In this document: piece after piece, positions 30,181 to 40,800 of the stretch
Numbering within the stretch: the stretch's first letter is position 1
How the letters are laid out: every line of letters starts with the position of its first letter
Source of the DNA: Desulfosudis oleivorans
GTDB taxonomy: Bacteria > Desulfobacterota > Desulfobacteria > Desulfobacterales > SURF-7
Length of the DNA stretch: 64,000 nt
Reading direction: 5' to 3'
Assembly: GCA_020723305.1 (NCBI GenBank)
Contig: DYJC01000005.1
Location: 221,724-285,723 of the forward strand
Position numbers and translations under genes: made by a program
The notes under the pieces: generated by a model
Told to the model about the DNA's origin: nothing
The model's database searches: none
Seen by the model: the letters and a program-made list of their open reading frames with translations, nothing else

Positions 30181-31299
30181 ATGTTACGCTTCACCACAAT
30201 AGCCAAATCAAATGAAACGAATGCCCGAGCCGGAATTATCGAGACCCTGCATGGCAATATCGAAACTCCCATATTCATGCCAGTGGGTACGCTGGCAACG
30301 GTAAAATCTTTAACAACAGCCGATCTGGAGGCCTGCGGCGCACAAATTCTTTTGGGGAATACCTACCATCTTTATTTGCGACCGGGTTGTGACGTAATCG
30401 AAAAATTTTCCGGCCTGCACCAATTTATGAACTGGAACCATCCCATCCTCACCGACAGCGGAGGTTTTCAGGTTTTTTCTCTTGCAAAACTGTCTAAAAT
30501 TTCAGAACAAGGGTATTCATTCCAATCCCATATCGATGGATCAAAACATATGCTGACCCCTGAAAAAGCGGTCGAGATCCAAACCAGCCTCAACTCCGAC
30601 ATCCTGATGTGCCTGGATCAGTGTATTGCTTATCCTGCGACAAAAAACGAAGCAGAAAATGCACTCGAATTGACAACAAGATGGGCCCAGCGATGCAAAC
30701 AGGCCTGGATGAAAACCCATCTAAACAATTCTCTGTTTGGCATTATTCAGGGCGGAATGTTTCCGGAGCTGCGAAAAAAATCTGCAGAAAATCTGATCCA
30801 TCTGGATTTACCTGGATATGCCATTGGTGGCCTCAGTGTCGGCGAACCCAAAAATCTGATGCTCGAAATCGCAGAGGAAACCCTTCCATTATTACCTTAC
30901 GACAAACCTCGCTATATCATGGGTGTTGGAACACCTGAAGACCTGGTGGAGATGGTTTCCCTTGGGGTGGACATGTTTGACTGCGTAATGCCCACCCGTA
31001 ATGCCAGGAATGGCCAGCTTTTTACCAGCAGAGGCACCATCAATATTACCAACGCCCAATTTCGAACAGAAACCAAACCTGCCGATCCGGATTGTGAATG
31101 CCATACATGCCGGAATTACTCTTTGGCTTATCTCCGGCATCTGTATATGAACAGAGAACTTCTTGCATATCACTTAAATACGATTCATAATATACACTAT
31201 TATATCCATCTGGTTCAAGAGATGCGCCAGGCGATTACCCAAAATAAGTTTCAGGAATTTAAAATTAATTTTTATAGTAAACAAAATCGAGTCCGTTGA
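30181..31299 (+). CDS. tgt: queuine tRNA-ribosyltransferase
   Basis: 372 aa with the motif LTDSGGFQV and a Zn site (CxCxxC...H: CECHTCRNYS...H). Confidence 0.95.
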   Translation: MLRFTTIAKSNETNARAGIIETLHGNIETPIFMPVGTLATVKSLTTADLEACGAQILLGNTYHLYLRPGCDVIEKFSGLHQFMNWNHPILTDSGGFQVFSLAKLSKISEQGYSFQSHIDGSKHMLTPEKAVEIQTSLNSDILMCLDQCIAYPATKNEAENALELTTRWAQRCKQAWMKTHLNNSLFGIIQGGMFPELRKKSAENLIHLDLPGYAIGGLSVGEPKNLMLEIAEETLPLLPYDKPRYIMGVGTPEDLVEMVSLGVDMFDCVMPTRNARNGQLFTSRGTINITNAQFRTETKPADPDCECHTCRNYSLAYLRHLYMNRELLAYHLNTIHNIHYYIHLVQEMRQAITQNKFQEFKINFYSKQNRVR

Positions 31300-31373
31300 A
31301 AACATAGGGTAACTACCTTTTTTTCAGCGCTTTTAAAACAACAACGCTATTATTTATTTTACCGGAGGTTTGT

Positions 31374-32555
31374 ATGACAATTGCCGGAAAAATCGAAAAC
31401 TTTATTTCCAAATCATCCTGGATCAGAAAAATGTTTGAAGAGGGGGCCAGGCTCAAAAAACAGCACGGTGCAGAAAATGTGTTTGATTTCAGTTTAGGCA
31501 ACCCATACCTTCAGCCACCGGATAAATTCAGGGCTGTGCTTCAGAATCTGGTCAACAACCCGGGCCCTTGTGACCATTCCTATATGCCCAATGCCGGATA
31601 TCCATATGTTTGTAAAAATGTGGCTGATTACGTTTCTGCAGAACAAGGTGTGCAGATTTCAGACAGTGAGATCATCATGACCTGCGGTGCAGCCGGTGGT
31701 TTGAATGTAATCCTAAAAACCCTGCTCAATCCGGATGAAGAGGTTATCACACCCGCTCCGTTTTTTGTGGAGTATGGCTTTTATGCAGACAACCATGGGG
31801 GAAAGCTGATAACAGTTCCAACAAATGAAGATTTTACACTCGATCTGCAAAAAATCTCCTCTGCCATTACCATTAAAACCCGTGTGGTTTTGATCAATTC
31901 ACCCAACAATCCGACCGGACAGGTTTACAATCGAGAAAGTCTTGAGCTTTTAGGTTCCTTGCTCAGAAAAAAAAGTCAAGAACAGGGGAAAACAATCTAT
32001 CTGGTTTCCGATGAACCCTATCGAAAAATTGTGTATGACGGGATTATAGTACCCAGCCTGTTCACCTGTTACGATGACAGCATTATCGTTACCTCATTTT
32101 CAAAGGATATTTCCATCCCTGGAGAAAGAATCGGTTTCATTGCCGTAAACCCAAAAGCAGAACACAAGAAAAAACTGACTGCTGGGATGGCCCTGGCCAA
32201 TAGAATCCTTGGTTTTGTCAATGCCCCGGCTCTCATGCAACGAGTAGTAGGCGAACTTCAGGGTGAAAGTGCGGATATGAGCTTGTATGCAAAAAAACGG
32301 GAAATTTTGTGCAATTCACTTTCCGATTTTGGATATGAATTTAAAAAACCAGCAGGTGCTTTTTATCTATTTTGCAAATCACCCATTCCGGATGATGTTG
32401 CATTTGTAAAATCCTTGCAGGAAGAACTGATTCTCACGGTTCCTGGAAGCGGATTTGGAGGGCCTGGTCATTTCCGGATTGCCTTTTGTGTTGACAATGA
32501 TACAATTATCAGAGCATTACCAGGCTTTAAAAAAACCATTGAAAAAATACGTTGA
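31374..32555 (+). CDS. class-I/II PLP-dependent aminotransferase (AspC/AlaT-like)
   Basis: 393 aa with the motifs NSPNNPTG and SFSKDISIPGERIGF (PLP Lys). Confidence 0.85.
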   Translation: MTIAGKIENFISKSSWIRKMFEEGARLKKQHGAENVFDFSLGNPYLQPPDKFRAVLQNLVNNPGPCDHSYMPNAGYPYVCKNVADYVSAEQGVQISDSEIIMTCGAAGGLNVILKTLLNPDEEVITPAPFFVEYGFYADNHGGKLITVPTNEDFTLDLQKISSAITIKTRVVLINSPNNPTGQVYNRESLELLGSLLRKKSQEQGKTIYLVSDEPYRKIVYDGIIVPSLFTCYDDSIIVTSFSKDISIPGERIGFIAVNPKAEHKKKLTAGMALANRILGFVNAPALMQRVVGELQGESADMSLYAKKREILCNSLSDFGYEFKKPAGAFYLFCKSPIPDDVAFVKSLQEELILTVPGSGFGGPGHFRIAFCVDNDTIIRALPGFKKTIEKIR

Positions 32556-32701
32556 TCGTCAGAATCGTGTAACCAGAGTAACACCTGATCGAGATACGAA
32601 TTTTGAAAGCTGTTTGGCTTTGTTAACCATTTAACCATAATAAATGTGTGCAACTGCGCTTTGTGCAGTCGATGTCAGCGAGTACTAAAAAGGAGCGTCA
32701 T

Positions 32702-33103
32702 ATGAAAATACTAAAAATCGATCATCTTGGAATCGCGGTAAACAGCATCAATGAAGGAAAATCTTTTTGGACCGATGTTCTTGGCCTTTCGTTTGAAGGA
32801 TCTGAAACAGTTGCTGAGCAGAAAGTAACAACCGCATTCTTTCCAGTCGGTGAAAGTGAAGTCGAACTTTTGGAATCAACCGCACCAGATGGGCCGATTG
32901 CCAAATTCATTGAGAAAAAAGGCCAAGGAATTCAACATATCGCATTTAGAGTTGAAAACATAGAAGCTGCTTTGGCAGAACTGAAGGAAAAAGGAATTCA
33001 ACTGATTGATCAAAAACCCAGAATAGGCGCCGGCGGAGCAAAAATAGCCTTTCTGCACCCCAAAGCAACCAGTGGTGTTCTTGTAGAGTTGTGTGAACGG
33101 TAA
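32702..33103 (+). CDS. mce: methylmalonyl-CoA epimerase (VOC/glyoxalase fold)
   Basis: The start is taken at ATG 32702, after AAGGAG. Motifs: [17 protein letters not shown], and a C-terminal FLHPK...GVLVEL. Confidence 0.8.
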   Translation: MKILKIDHLGIAVNSINEGKSFWTDVLGLSFEGSETVAEQKVTTAFFPVGESEVELLESTAPDGPIAKFIEKKGQGIQHIAFRVENIEAALAELKEKGIQLIDQKPRIGAGGAKIAFLHPKATSGVLVELCER

Positions 33104-33130
33104 CACATCAAAGAAGTAGCCTTTTAGAAT

Positions 33131-33168
33131 TTGTGCCGATTATTCATGTTTGAAAATAATCGGCACAA
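33131..33168. terminator. 14-bp stem hairpin between convergent genes
   Basis: TTGTGCCGATTATT (33131-33144) pairs with AATAATCGGCACAA (33155-33168) around a 10-nt loop. There is no clear T-tract. Confidence 0.45.
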
Positions 33169-33273
33169 TAACTCACTTCTGCGAACATAATAGTTTTTTT
33201 TGATATGAAGTTCCCTGCATGGACGCAACCTGATCACCTGTTTCATCGAAAATATCAATCTGGAAACATCCGA

Positions 33274-33729
33274 TTATGCATTTCCAATGGGTTCTAGATA
33301 GACAAGAGTGTTTTCCCTATCCTGATCTTGCAGAGTAAAATCATTTTTTAAACGATTTTTCAGTACTTCAAGCATATATGTAACCTTTGAAATAATAAGC
33401 CCTTTTATCATGTAACCAATTGTAAATCGCTGAGAGGCTGTATGGCAGTCCATATTCAGTTTATCAAATATTTCATGAATCATGGGTGTAACTTTCTGGT
33501 AGATCTCCTCCTGAACCGTGTCCATTTTGCCCTTTTCCTTGGCTCCCCAGATTGCCGGAACAATATAGGTTACTGACTCATTCAACAATTTGCTCTTATA
33601 TGCATCTACAATATCTAATGCTGCCTTATTCAACAAAGGTTCAATCAACCGGGGTACCCTCATGATATCCTCAGAAATCTCAACATCCTTTTTTTTCTCT
33701 CGCCTACCTAATCGCCATATAAATTTCAC
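33274..33729 (-). CDS. hypothetical protein
   Basis: 151-aa ORF. No family recognised. Confidence 0.45.
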   Translation of the reverse strand: MKFIWRLGRREKKKDVEISEDIMRVPRLIEPLLNKAALDIVDAYKSKLLNESVTYIVPAIWGAKEKGKMDTVQEEIYQKVTPMIHEIFDKLNMDCHTASQRFTIGYMIKGLIISKVTYMLEVLKNRLKNDFTLQDQDRENTLVYLEPIGNA

Positions 33730-33936
33730 GGTATCAATACCCCCAGTATATTTGACTTCTTTAAAAGCTTTGTTTGTGTTAATCTTAAAATGTCAATTTT
33801 GGAATCAAAAAAATGTATTGTGCCCAAATATCAATTTGTTGATAAACACAGTGAAACCTCGTTCACATATTATACCAAAAGACATAATTACAAACCTCGG
33901 TACCTGTCAAGAAAAAGTTCAATTTTAATATTTTTC

Positions 33937-33964
33937 TTGACAAAATAAATTATAATAATACAAT
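33937..33964 (+). promoter_or_regulatory. candidate sigma70 promoter of the rplU operon
   Basis: TTGACA (33937-33942), a 16-nt spacer, then TACAAT (33959-33964), 54 nt upstream of the rplU ATG. Confidence 0.4.
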
Positions 33965-34017
33965 GCTTTGGTTTTAAACCTTGTTAAAAAAATTTTGTCA
34001 TAAGGAGGTACTGAATC

Positions 34018-34329
34018 ATGTATGCGGTCATCGCCACAGGAGGGAAACAATATAAAGTTGAAAAAGGTGAAATCCTGAGAGTTGAAAAACTTCCTGGTGA
34101 AATTGGAGAAGAGGTGTCCTTTGACAATGTTCTCATGTTTTCGGATGGTGAAAAAGTTAGAATTGGTCAACCTGCTGTGGAAGATATAGCTGTTCGGGGG
34201 CATATTGTAGAGCAGGGAAAAGCCAAAAAAATAATTGTATTTAAATACAAACGCCGTAAAAAATTTCGTAAAACCCAGGGGCATCGTCAGCAGTTCACTG
34301 CAGTAAAAATTGATAGTATAGGATCATAA
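34018..34329 (+). CDS. rplU: 50S ribosomal protein L21
   Basis: 103 aa with the N-terminus MYAVIATGGKQYKV. Confidence 0.95.
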   Translation: MYAVIATGGKQYKVEKGEILRVEKLPGEIGEEVSFDNVLMFSDGEKVRIGQPAVEDIAVRGHIVEQGKAKKIIVFKYKRRKKFRKTQGHRQQFTAVKIDSIGS

Positions 34330-34362
34330 TACAATTGCTTACGTGATAAAGAGGAAACTGAA

Positions 34363-34617
34363 ATGGCACATAAAAAAGCAGGTGGTAGCACTCGAAATGG
34401 ACGCGACAGTAATGGTCAGCGTCGCGGAGTTAAAGTATACGGCGGACAAAACGTCAAGGCCGGCAATATTATAATACGCCAGGTAGGGACAAAAATTCAC
34501 GCTGGTGAAAATGTGGGTACTGGAAATGATTATACTCTTTTTGCTAAAATAGATGGCAAAGTTACCTATGAACGGATGGGAAAAGATCGGAAAAAAGTCA
34601 GCGTTTATTCCACGTGA
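34363..34617 (+). CDS. rpmA: 50S ribosomal protein L27
   Basis: 84 aa with the N-terminus [16 protein letters not shown]. Confidence 0.95.
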   Translation: MAHKKAGGSTRNGRDSNGQRRGVKVYGGQNVKAGNIIIRQVGTKIHAGENVGTGNDYTLFAKIDGKVTYERMGKDRKKVSVYST

Positions 34618-35618
34618 AATTTATTGATGAAGCGATTATTACTGTCCAATCCGGCAATGGTGGCCGAGGTTGTGTCAGTTTCAGACGTGAAAAATTTATT
34701 CCCCGCGGCGGCCCTGACGGTGGAGACGGTGGGAACGGCGGGGATGTAATATTTATAACTTCATCAAAAAAAAGGACTCTTTACCAATTTCGTTATCAGA
34801 AATTGCTACGCGCCAAAAATGGAGGTCCTGGTCTGGGCCAGCAAAAATCCGGGAAAAGTGCACAGCATCTGGTTATTGAAATCCCCCCTGGAACCATCAT
34901 CAGCGACCCTGAAACCCAGGAAGTTATCCATGACTTTATCAGCCTGAATGACGAATACATTGTGGCCAAAGGCGGAAGAGGAGGTCAAGGAAACAAACGA
35001 TTTGCAACATCCACCAATCGAGCGCCAAGATTTGCACAGCCCGGAGAACCAGGACAGACCATCAGACTGAAACTGGAACTCAAGCTCCTTGCTGATGTTG
35101 GAATCATTGGCTTTCCGAATGCAGGCAAATCTACACTCGTCAGTGTCCTTTCTTCTGCACGTCCGAAAATCGGAAACTACCCATTTACTACACTAACCCC
35201 CACACTTGGGATCGTTTATACGGACAGAGGAGAACCTTTTGCGGTTGCGGATATACCCGGATTGATTGAAGGCGCACATTCCGGGGCAGGTCTGGGCATA
35301 AAATTTCTTCGACATATCGAGAGAACCAAAATTCTGGTCCATCTCATTGATGCATCAGCAATAAATCCAGAAAAACCGCTTGATTTATATAATATCATCA
35401 ACAGGGAACTATCTCTATATAGCAGCAAACTTGCTGAGAAGCGCCAGATCATTGCTTTAAACAAATTGGATATCACTGAAGCCCAAAAAAATGCAGCCGC
35501 TTTTCAATCGAGCATAAAAAATAAAAAAGTCATTTTCATTTCTGCAGCAACCGGCAAAAATATCTCAAACTTAAAACTAGAAATTATCAATCAATTAGAA
35601 CAATTGTATGACGAATAA
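34614..35618 (+). CDS. obg: GTPase Obg/CgtA
   Basis: 334 aa. The GTG start overlaps the rpmA stop. Gly-rich Obg fold (GGDGGNGG) and G-domain motifs ([22 protein letters not shown]). Confidence 0.95.
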   Translation: MKFIDEAIITVQSGNGGRGCVSFRREKFIPRGGPDGGDGGNGGDVIFITSSKKRTLYQFRYQKLLRAKNGGPGLGQQKSGKSAQHLVIEIPPGTIISDPETQEVIHDFISLNDEYIVAKGGRGGQGNKRFATSTNRAPRFAQPGEPGQTIRLKLELKLLADVGIIGFPNAGKSTLVSVLSSARPKIGNYPFTTLTPTLGIVYTDRGEPFAVADIPGLIEGAHSGAGLGIKFLRHIERTKILVHLIDASAINPEKPLDLYNIINRELSLYSSKLAEKRQIIALNKLDITEAQKNAAAFQSSIKNKKVIFISAATGKNISNLKLEIINQLEQLYDE

Positions 35619-36744
35619 TCAACAAAAAAATTTTTCCAATGCAAAACGGGTTGTTATCAAAGTAGGGAGTAATGTACTTACCGCAGACCATGGACTCAAC
35701 ACGCATACAATCCAGATCATCAGCGAACAGCTCAAACGACTGTTTGATAAAGGTATCGAAGTTGTATTGGTGTCTTCCGGTTCGATGGCTGCTGGTTTTA
35801 AAAAAATAGGCCTTCCAAGCAGACCTACCGACATTCCCGGCAGGCAGGCAACCGCAGCGGTCGGCCAAGCTGGACTGATTCTTGAATATGAGAAGGCGTT
35901 TGCAAAATATGATAAAAAGGTAGCCCAGATCTTACTCACACAAAGTGATTTGAATCATCGAAAACGGTATTTAAATGCCCGGAATACCATTAATACACTC
36001 CTTTCGTGGGAAATTCTTCCCATCATCAATGAAAATGATACCGTGGCCACAGAAGAGATTAAATTCGGAGATAATGATAATTTATCCGCCATGATTGCTC
36101 TTCTTATCGATGCGGATATTCTGGTTAATCTGACGGATATTGATGGGTTATATACAAAAGACCCCAGAACCAACCCAGATGCGAAACTGATTCCGGTAAT
36201 TGATCATATTGATCTCAAAATAAAAAAAATGGCCAGCGGCATCCCCGGGGCCTTAGGAACCGGAGGCATGCTGAGTAAAATTCATGCGGCTGAAAAAGTT
36301 ACGTCTGCCGGGATCCCTATGGTGATTGCCAATGGAAAAAATCCAAATACCCTTTTGGATCTTTTTTCCGGAAAAAAATTGGGCACCTGTTTTCTTGCCA
36401 AAACCAATAAGCTTTCAAGGCGAAAGTGCTGGATTGCTTTTTCTCGAAAACCAAAAGGAAAAATTCAAATCGACAGCGGGGCAGCAAAAGCGCTGCTTCA
36501 TAATGGGAAAAGCCTGCTGCCTATTGGAATTATCGGTGTTGAAGGCTCATTTATGATCGGGGATTGTGTCGAATTCTTTTCAGATACCGGCCAGACACTT
36601 GGAATCGGACTCGTAAATTACAGTTCTGCTGATATTTTAAAAATCATGGGTCGCCGATCCAGCCAGATTGAATCTGTTTTAGGACACAAACCCTATGATG
36701 AGGTGATACATAGAGATAATCTTGCGATTAGAAGAGAAAAATAG
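35608..36744 (+). CDS. proB: glutamate 5-kinase
   Basis: 378 aa with an amino-acid kinase domain (VIKVGSNVLT) and a C-terminal PUA domain. Confidence 0.95.
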   Translation: MTNNQQKNFSNAKRVVIKVGSNVLTADHGLNTHTIQIISEQLKRLFDKGIEVVLVSSGSMAAGFKKIGLPSRPTDIPGRQATAAVGQAGLILEYEKAFAKYDKKVAQILLTQSDLNHRKRYLNARNTINTLLSWEILPIINENDTVATEEIKFGDNDNLSAMIALLIDADILVNLTDIDGLYTKDPRTNPDAKLIPVIDHIDLKIKKMASGIPGALGTGGMLSKIHAAEKVTSAGIPMVIANGKNPNTLLDLFSGKKLGTCFLAKTNKLSRRKCWIAFSRKPKGKIQIDSGAAKALLHNGKSLLPIGIIGVEGSFMIGDCVEFFSDTGQTLGIGLVNYSSADILKIMGRRSSQIESVLGHKPYDEVIHRDNLAIRREK

Positions 36745-36829
36745 TATTCAAATAAAACCTGCTTCGAAACAGACAGCAGTTGAAAGCAAGATCCAGAAAA
36801 CACAGAGATAAAAAATTGAAGGAGAAATA

Positions 36830-38086
36830 ATGTCCATTCAATCCACCATTATGGAAATGGCGTACAACGCGAGAACAGTGTCCAAACAAATCGCAACCTG
36901 CTCTTCCGATCAAAAAAATGCCGCTTTATTCAAAATTGCTGAAAAATTAAAACAAAACGCTTCATTGATTCAAAATGAAAATAAAAACGATGTACATTTG
37001 GCAAAAGAAAAAGGGCTTTCCAACGCCATGATCGACAGACTGACGATTACAGATGCAACCATCGCATCGATGATTCAAGGGTTACAGGAAGTTGTTCAGC
37101 TTCCCGATCCAATCGGCACGACATCCGCTTCCTGGACAAGGCCCAATCAATTGCATGTTTCCCGAATGCGTATCCCATTAGGGGTTATCGGCATCATTTA
37201 TGAGTCAAGGCCCAATGTCACTGTTGATGCTGCCGGACTTTGCTTAAAGGCTGGAAACGCAGTTATCTTGCGAGGAGGATCAGAGGCAATTCATTCAAAC
37301 CAGGCGCTTGCAAAAACAATACATGAAGCGCTCGCTGAAACCGGTCTTCCAGAAGAAATCGTACAGGTTGTTCCGATTCCAGATCGTGAAGCCATAACCT
37401 GGCTATTACATCAGGAAGAGTATATTGACCTGATCATTCCTAGAGGCGGAGAAAGTCTGATCCGCTTTGTTGTGGAAAACTCCAAAATTCCGGTATTAAA
37501 ACATTATAAAGGTGTTTGTCATGTTTACGTGGATGATGGGGCTGATCTGGAAATGGCTGAAAAAATCTGTTTCAATTCAAAGGTGCATCGTCCTGGAGTA
37601 TGTAATGCCATGGAAACCATGTTGGTTCATGAAAACATCGCGAAACGCTTTTTGCCTGTAATGGGAAAACGATTTTCTGATGCAGGCGTTGAAATCAGGG
37701 GTTGCGCTGAAACCTGCCGTATTCTGCCAAAGTCAAAACCAGCGAAGGAAGAAGACTGGCCAGAGGAATATCTTGATCTGATTCTTTCGGTTAAAGTTGT
37801 TGAAGATATGAATTTCGCTCTTGAACACATCCGAAAATATGGTTCCAATCATACAGAGGCGATTGTCACACAAGATTACAGTCGGGCACAAAAATTCTTA
37901 AAAGAGGTGGATTCCTCGGTTGTTCTTGTCAACGCCTCCACCAGATTTAATGATGGTGGGCAATTGGGCCTTGGAGCGGAAATTGGTATCAGTACTTCCA
38001 AGCTCCATGCTTTTGGACCAATGGGTGTGGAAGAACTCACAACAACAAAATTTATCGTCCTTGGAGAAGGTCAGATTAGAGAGTAA
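36830..38086 (+). CDS. proA: gamma-glutamyl phosphate reductase
   Basis: 418 aa with the aldehyde dehydrogenase fold and a catalytic Cys in [13 protein letters not shown]. Confidence 0.95.
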   Translation: MSIQSTIMEMAYNARTVSKQIATCSSDQKNAALFKIAEKLKQNASLIQNENKNDVHLAKEKGLSNAMIDRLTITDATIASMIQGLQEVVQLPDPIGTTSASWTRPNQLHVSRMRIPLGVIGIIYESRPNVTVDAAGLCLKAGNAVILRGGSEAIHSNQALAKTIHEALAETGLPEEIVQVVPIPDREAITWLLHQEEYIDLIIPRGGESLIRFVVENSKIPVLKHYKGVCHVYVDDGADLEMAEKICFNSKVHRPGVCNAMETMLVHENIAKRFLPVMGKRFSDAGVEIRGCAETCRILPKSKPAKEEDWPEEYLDLILSVKVVEDMNFALEHIRKYGSNHTEAIVTQDYSRAQKFLKEVDSSVVLVNASTRFNDGGQLGLGAEIGISTSKLHAFGPMGVEELTTTKFIVLGEGQIRE

Positions 38087-38118
38087 ATTCCCAAAAATCT
38101 TTTTGTATAGGATTATTC

Positions 38119-38772
38119 ATGCGAATTGGCCTGTTTGGGGGAACGTTTAATCCAATCCATTTTGGTCATATCAATGTCTCTAAGGAGATTAAAAAAAAAT
38201 TTGATCTGGATACGATCTATATGATTCCTTCAGCAATACCGCCCCATAAAAGGAGACAGGAAGTAGCTGATGCTCAAGATCGCATGAATATGACCCGGCT
38301 TGCCGTATCCGGTCTGGATGGCTATCTTGTATCTGATGTTGAACTCATCCGGTCCGGACCTTCTTACACAATAGATACCATAAATTATTTCAGTAAAGTA
38401 CTTCCTGAAAATACAAAAATGTATCTCATTCTTGGAATGGATGCATTTCTTGAAATCGATACATGGATGTCCTATAAAGAACTGTTTACCAAACTGCCTT
38501 TGATCATCATGTCAAGGCCGGGAACCGAATCCTTGAAATTTCAGCAACTCAAAACATATATTCAGGATAAGATTGCTGATAATTACTGCTTCGAGGAGGA
38601 GAAAAACTGTTTTATGCATCAAACAAAGCAATCAATATATGTTGTTACAGTTACACCTTATGACATTTCCTCTACTGAAATTCGAAAATTAATTCGTCAA
38701 CAAAAACCCCTGCAAAATTTGATTCCAGATCAAGTTGAGCAGTATATCAGAAGTGAAGGGCTATATATATGA
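38119..38772 (+). CDS. nadD: nicotinate-nucleotide adenylyltransferase
   Basis: 217 aa with the motifs GGTFNPIHFGH and ISSTEIR. Confidence 0.9.
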   Translation: MRIGLFGGTFNPIHFGHINVSKEIKKKFDLDTIYMIPSAIPPHKRRQEVADAQDRMNMTRLAVSGLDGYLVSDVELIRSGPSYTIDTINYFSKVLPENTKMYLILGMDAFLEIDTWMSYKELFTKLPLIIMSRPGTESLKFQQLKTYIQDKIADNYCFEEEKNCFMHQTKQSIYVVTVTPYDISSTEIRKLIRQQKPLQNLIPDQVEQYIRSEGLYI

Positions 38773-39149
38773 CGTCCGATTTTGATTTATCCTTAGAACC
38801 TTATATCACGGCTGTATATGGAAAAAAAATAAAAGGTCTGACGATTCTGGATGTTCGCAAATTAACCTCCATTGCGGATGCATTTATAATTTGCAGTGGT
38901 AACTCAAACAGACAGGTTACTTCCATTGCTGAACACATAAAAAAAGAACTGAAAAAAAAGGGAATAAAACCATTACATATGGAAGGAATCAAGGAAGGAC
39001 AATGGGCTCTTTTAGACTATGGCCATGTAATCATACATATTTTTTATGAGCCAGTGAGGATTTTTTATAACCTTGACGGTCTTTGGGAAGATGCCGGAAA
39101 AATAGATGCGAATCCAGATATGAATCCTGTTTCTGCCAACCATTCATAG
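38769..39149 (+). CDS. rsfS: ribosomal silencing factor RsfS
   Basis: 126 aa with the motifs ADAFIICSGNSNRQV and LDYGHVIIHIF. Confidence 0.85.
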   Translation: MTSDFDLSLEPYITAVYGKKIKGLTILDVRKLTSIADAFIICSGNSNRQVTSIAEHIKKELKKKGIKPLHMEGIKEGQWALLDYGHVIIHIFYEPVRIFYNLDGLWEDAGKIDANPDMNPVSANHS

Positions 39150-39168
39150 ACCATAGCGGAGCAATCGA

Positions 39169-40695
39169 ATGAAAATAACAAAACCCTGTATACTCATCAT
39201 TCTGGATGGGTGGGGCCTCAATCCTTCAATTATAGGGAATGCCGTTGCCCAGGCAAACCTGCCTTTTTTATCCAAACTCACTGAAACATATCCACATACC
39301 CAGCTTCAATGTTCCGGTGAAGCTGTTGGGCTTCCGGATGGAGTTATGGGAAATTCAGAGGTCGGGCATTTGAATATTGGTGCCGGACGAGTGGTATACC
39401 AGGATCTTCTCCGAATCGATAAAGCGATTCAGGACAAATCCTTCTTTAAAAATAAAGAATTAACAAATGCCATCTCAAAAGCAAAAGAGAATAAATCCAA
39501 TCTTCATATCATGGGACTGGTATCGGATGGAGGAGTGCACAGTCAGATGACCCATCTGTTTGCCCTTCTCGAACTTGCAAAACAAAAAAAGCATAACAAA
39601 ATCCATATCCATGCAATTTTAGATGGTCGGGATACCCCACCAGATAGTGGAGTAAACTTTATTAAGCAATTACAAGATATTATCAACAAACTTAATGTCG
39701 GGTCTATTTCCAGTATTTGCGGGAGGTTCTTCGCAATGGATCGCGATACAAGATGGGATCGAACCCAGAAAGCGTATCAATTATACACTCAATCACAAGG
39801 CTTGAAAGAATCAGATCCGATTCAGGCTGTAAAAAATGCCTATGCAAGAGGAGAAACAGATGAATTTGTTCAACCGATCATCATCAACCCAGATGGAACA
39901 ATTACGGATGATGATTGTATTATTTTTTTTAATTTTCGTGCAGATCGGGCAAGACAGATCACACGAGCCTTTACAGATCCTGAATTCAATAGCTTTAACA
40001 GAGATCTTTGTCCCCGAATCGCAAACTATGTTTGTATGACCTTGTATGATGAAAATTTTAAACTTCCGCTTGCCTTTCCGCCACAACATCTGGAAGGACT
40101 CCTTGGTGAGGTTATCAGCAAACAGGGACTATCGCAGCTACGTATTGCAGAAACCGAAAAATATGCTCATGTGACCTACTTTTTCAATGGTGGAGAAGAA
40201 AAACCGTTCCCCGGCGAAGACAGATGTTTAATTCCGTCACCAAGAGAGGTTGAAACCTATGATCAAAAACCGGAAATGAGTGCATCACCCGTAGGTAATG
40301 AGGTTGTGTCCCGCATCCAATCGGGTCGCTATGATTTGATCGTTTTGAACTTTGCCAATATGGACATGGTCGGTCATACCGGAGTAATTCCTGCTGCTAT
40401 TAAGGCCTGTGAGGCAGTTGATGAGAATCTAAAAAAAGTGGTCACAGCTATTCAAGCTTTTGGAGGGACAGCCCTGATCACCGCAGACCACGGGAATGCT
40501 GAAAAAATGCTTGATGATAATGGTCATCCACACACCGCCCATACGGTCAATCCCGTTCTATTGATTGTGGTGAACGAAGAAATGAAAAATATCAAACTCC
40601 GCCCAGGGATACTCGGAGACATCGCTCCAACTATCCTGGATATTATGGGAATTGCCAAACCCAAACAAATGACAGGGAAGTCATTGATTTTATGA
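39169..40695 (+). CDS. gpmI: 2,3-bisphosphoglycerate-independent phosphoglycerate mutase
   Basis: 508 aa with the motifs ILDGWG, MGNSEVGHLNIGAGR and ITADHGNAE. Confidence 0.95.
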   Translation: MKITKPCILIILDGWGLNPSIIGNAVAQANLPFLSKLTETYPHTQLQCSGEAVGLPDGVMGNSEVGHLNIGAGRVVYQDLLRIDKAIQDKSFFKNKELTNAISKAKENKSNLHIMGLVSDGGVHSQMTHLFALLELAKQKKHNKIHIHAILDGRDTPPDSGVNFIKQLQDIINKLNVGSISSICGRFFAMDRDTRWDRTQKAYQLYTQSQGLKESDPIQAVKNAYARGETDEFVQPIIINPDGTITDDDCIIFFNFRADRARQITRAFTDPEFNSFNRDLCPRIANYVCMTLYDENFKLPLAFPPQHLEGLLGEVISKQGLSQLRIAETEKYAHVTYFFNGGEEKPFPGEDRCLIPSPREVETYDQKPEMSASPVGNEVVSRIQSGRYDLIVLNFANMDMVGHTGVIPAAIKACEAVDENLKKVVTAIQAFGGTALITADHGNAEKMLDDNGHPHTAHTVNPVLLIVVNEEMKNIKLRPGILGDIAPTILDIMGIAKPKQMTGKSLIL

Positions 40696-40800
40696 AACAC
40701 ATAAGGATATAAACACCCCCCTTAAAAAAAAGGAGCGAAAAAAATTGATTTTCCACTCCTGTACTATCAAGATGATTCATGTACCGAATCCAAACGGAAT

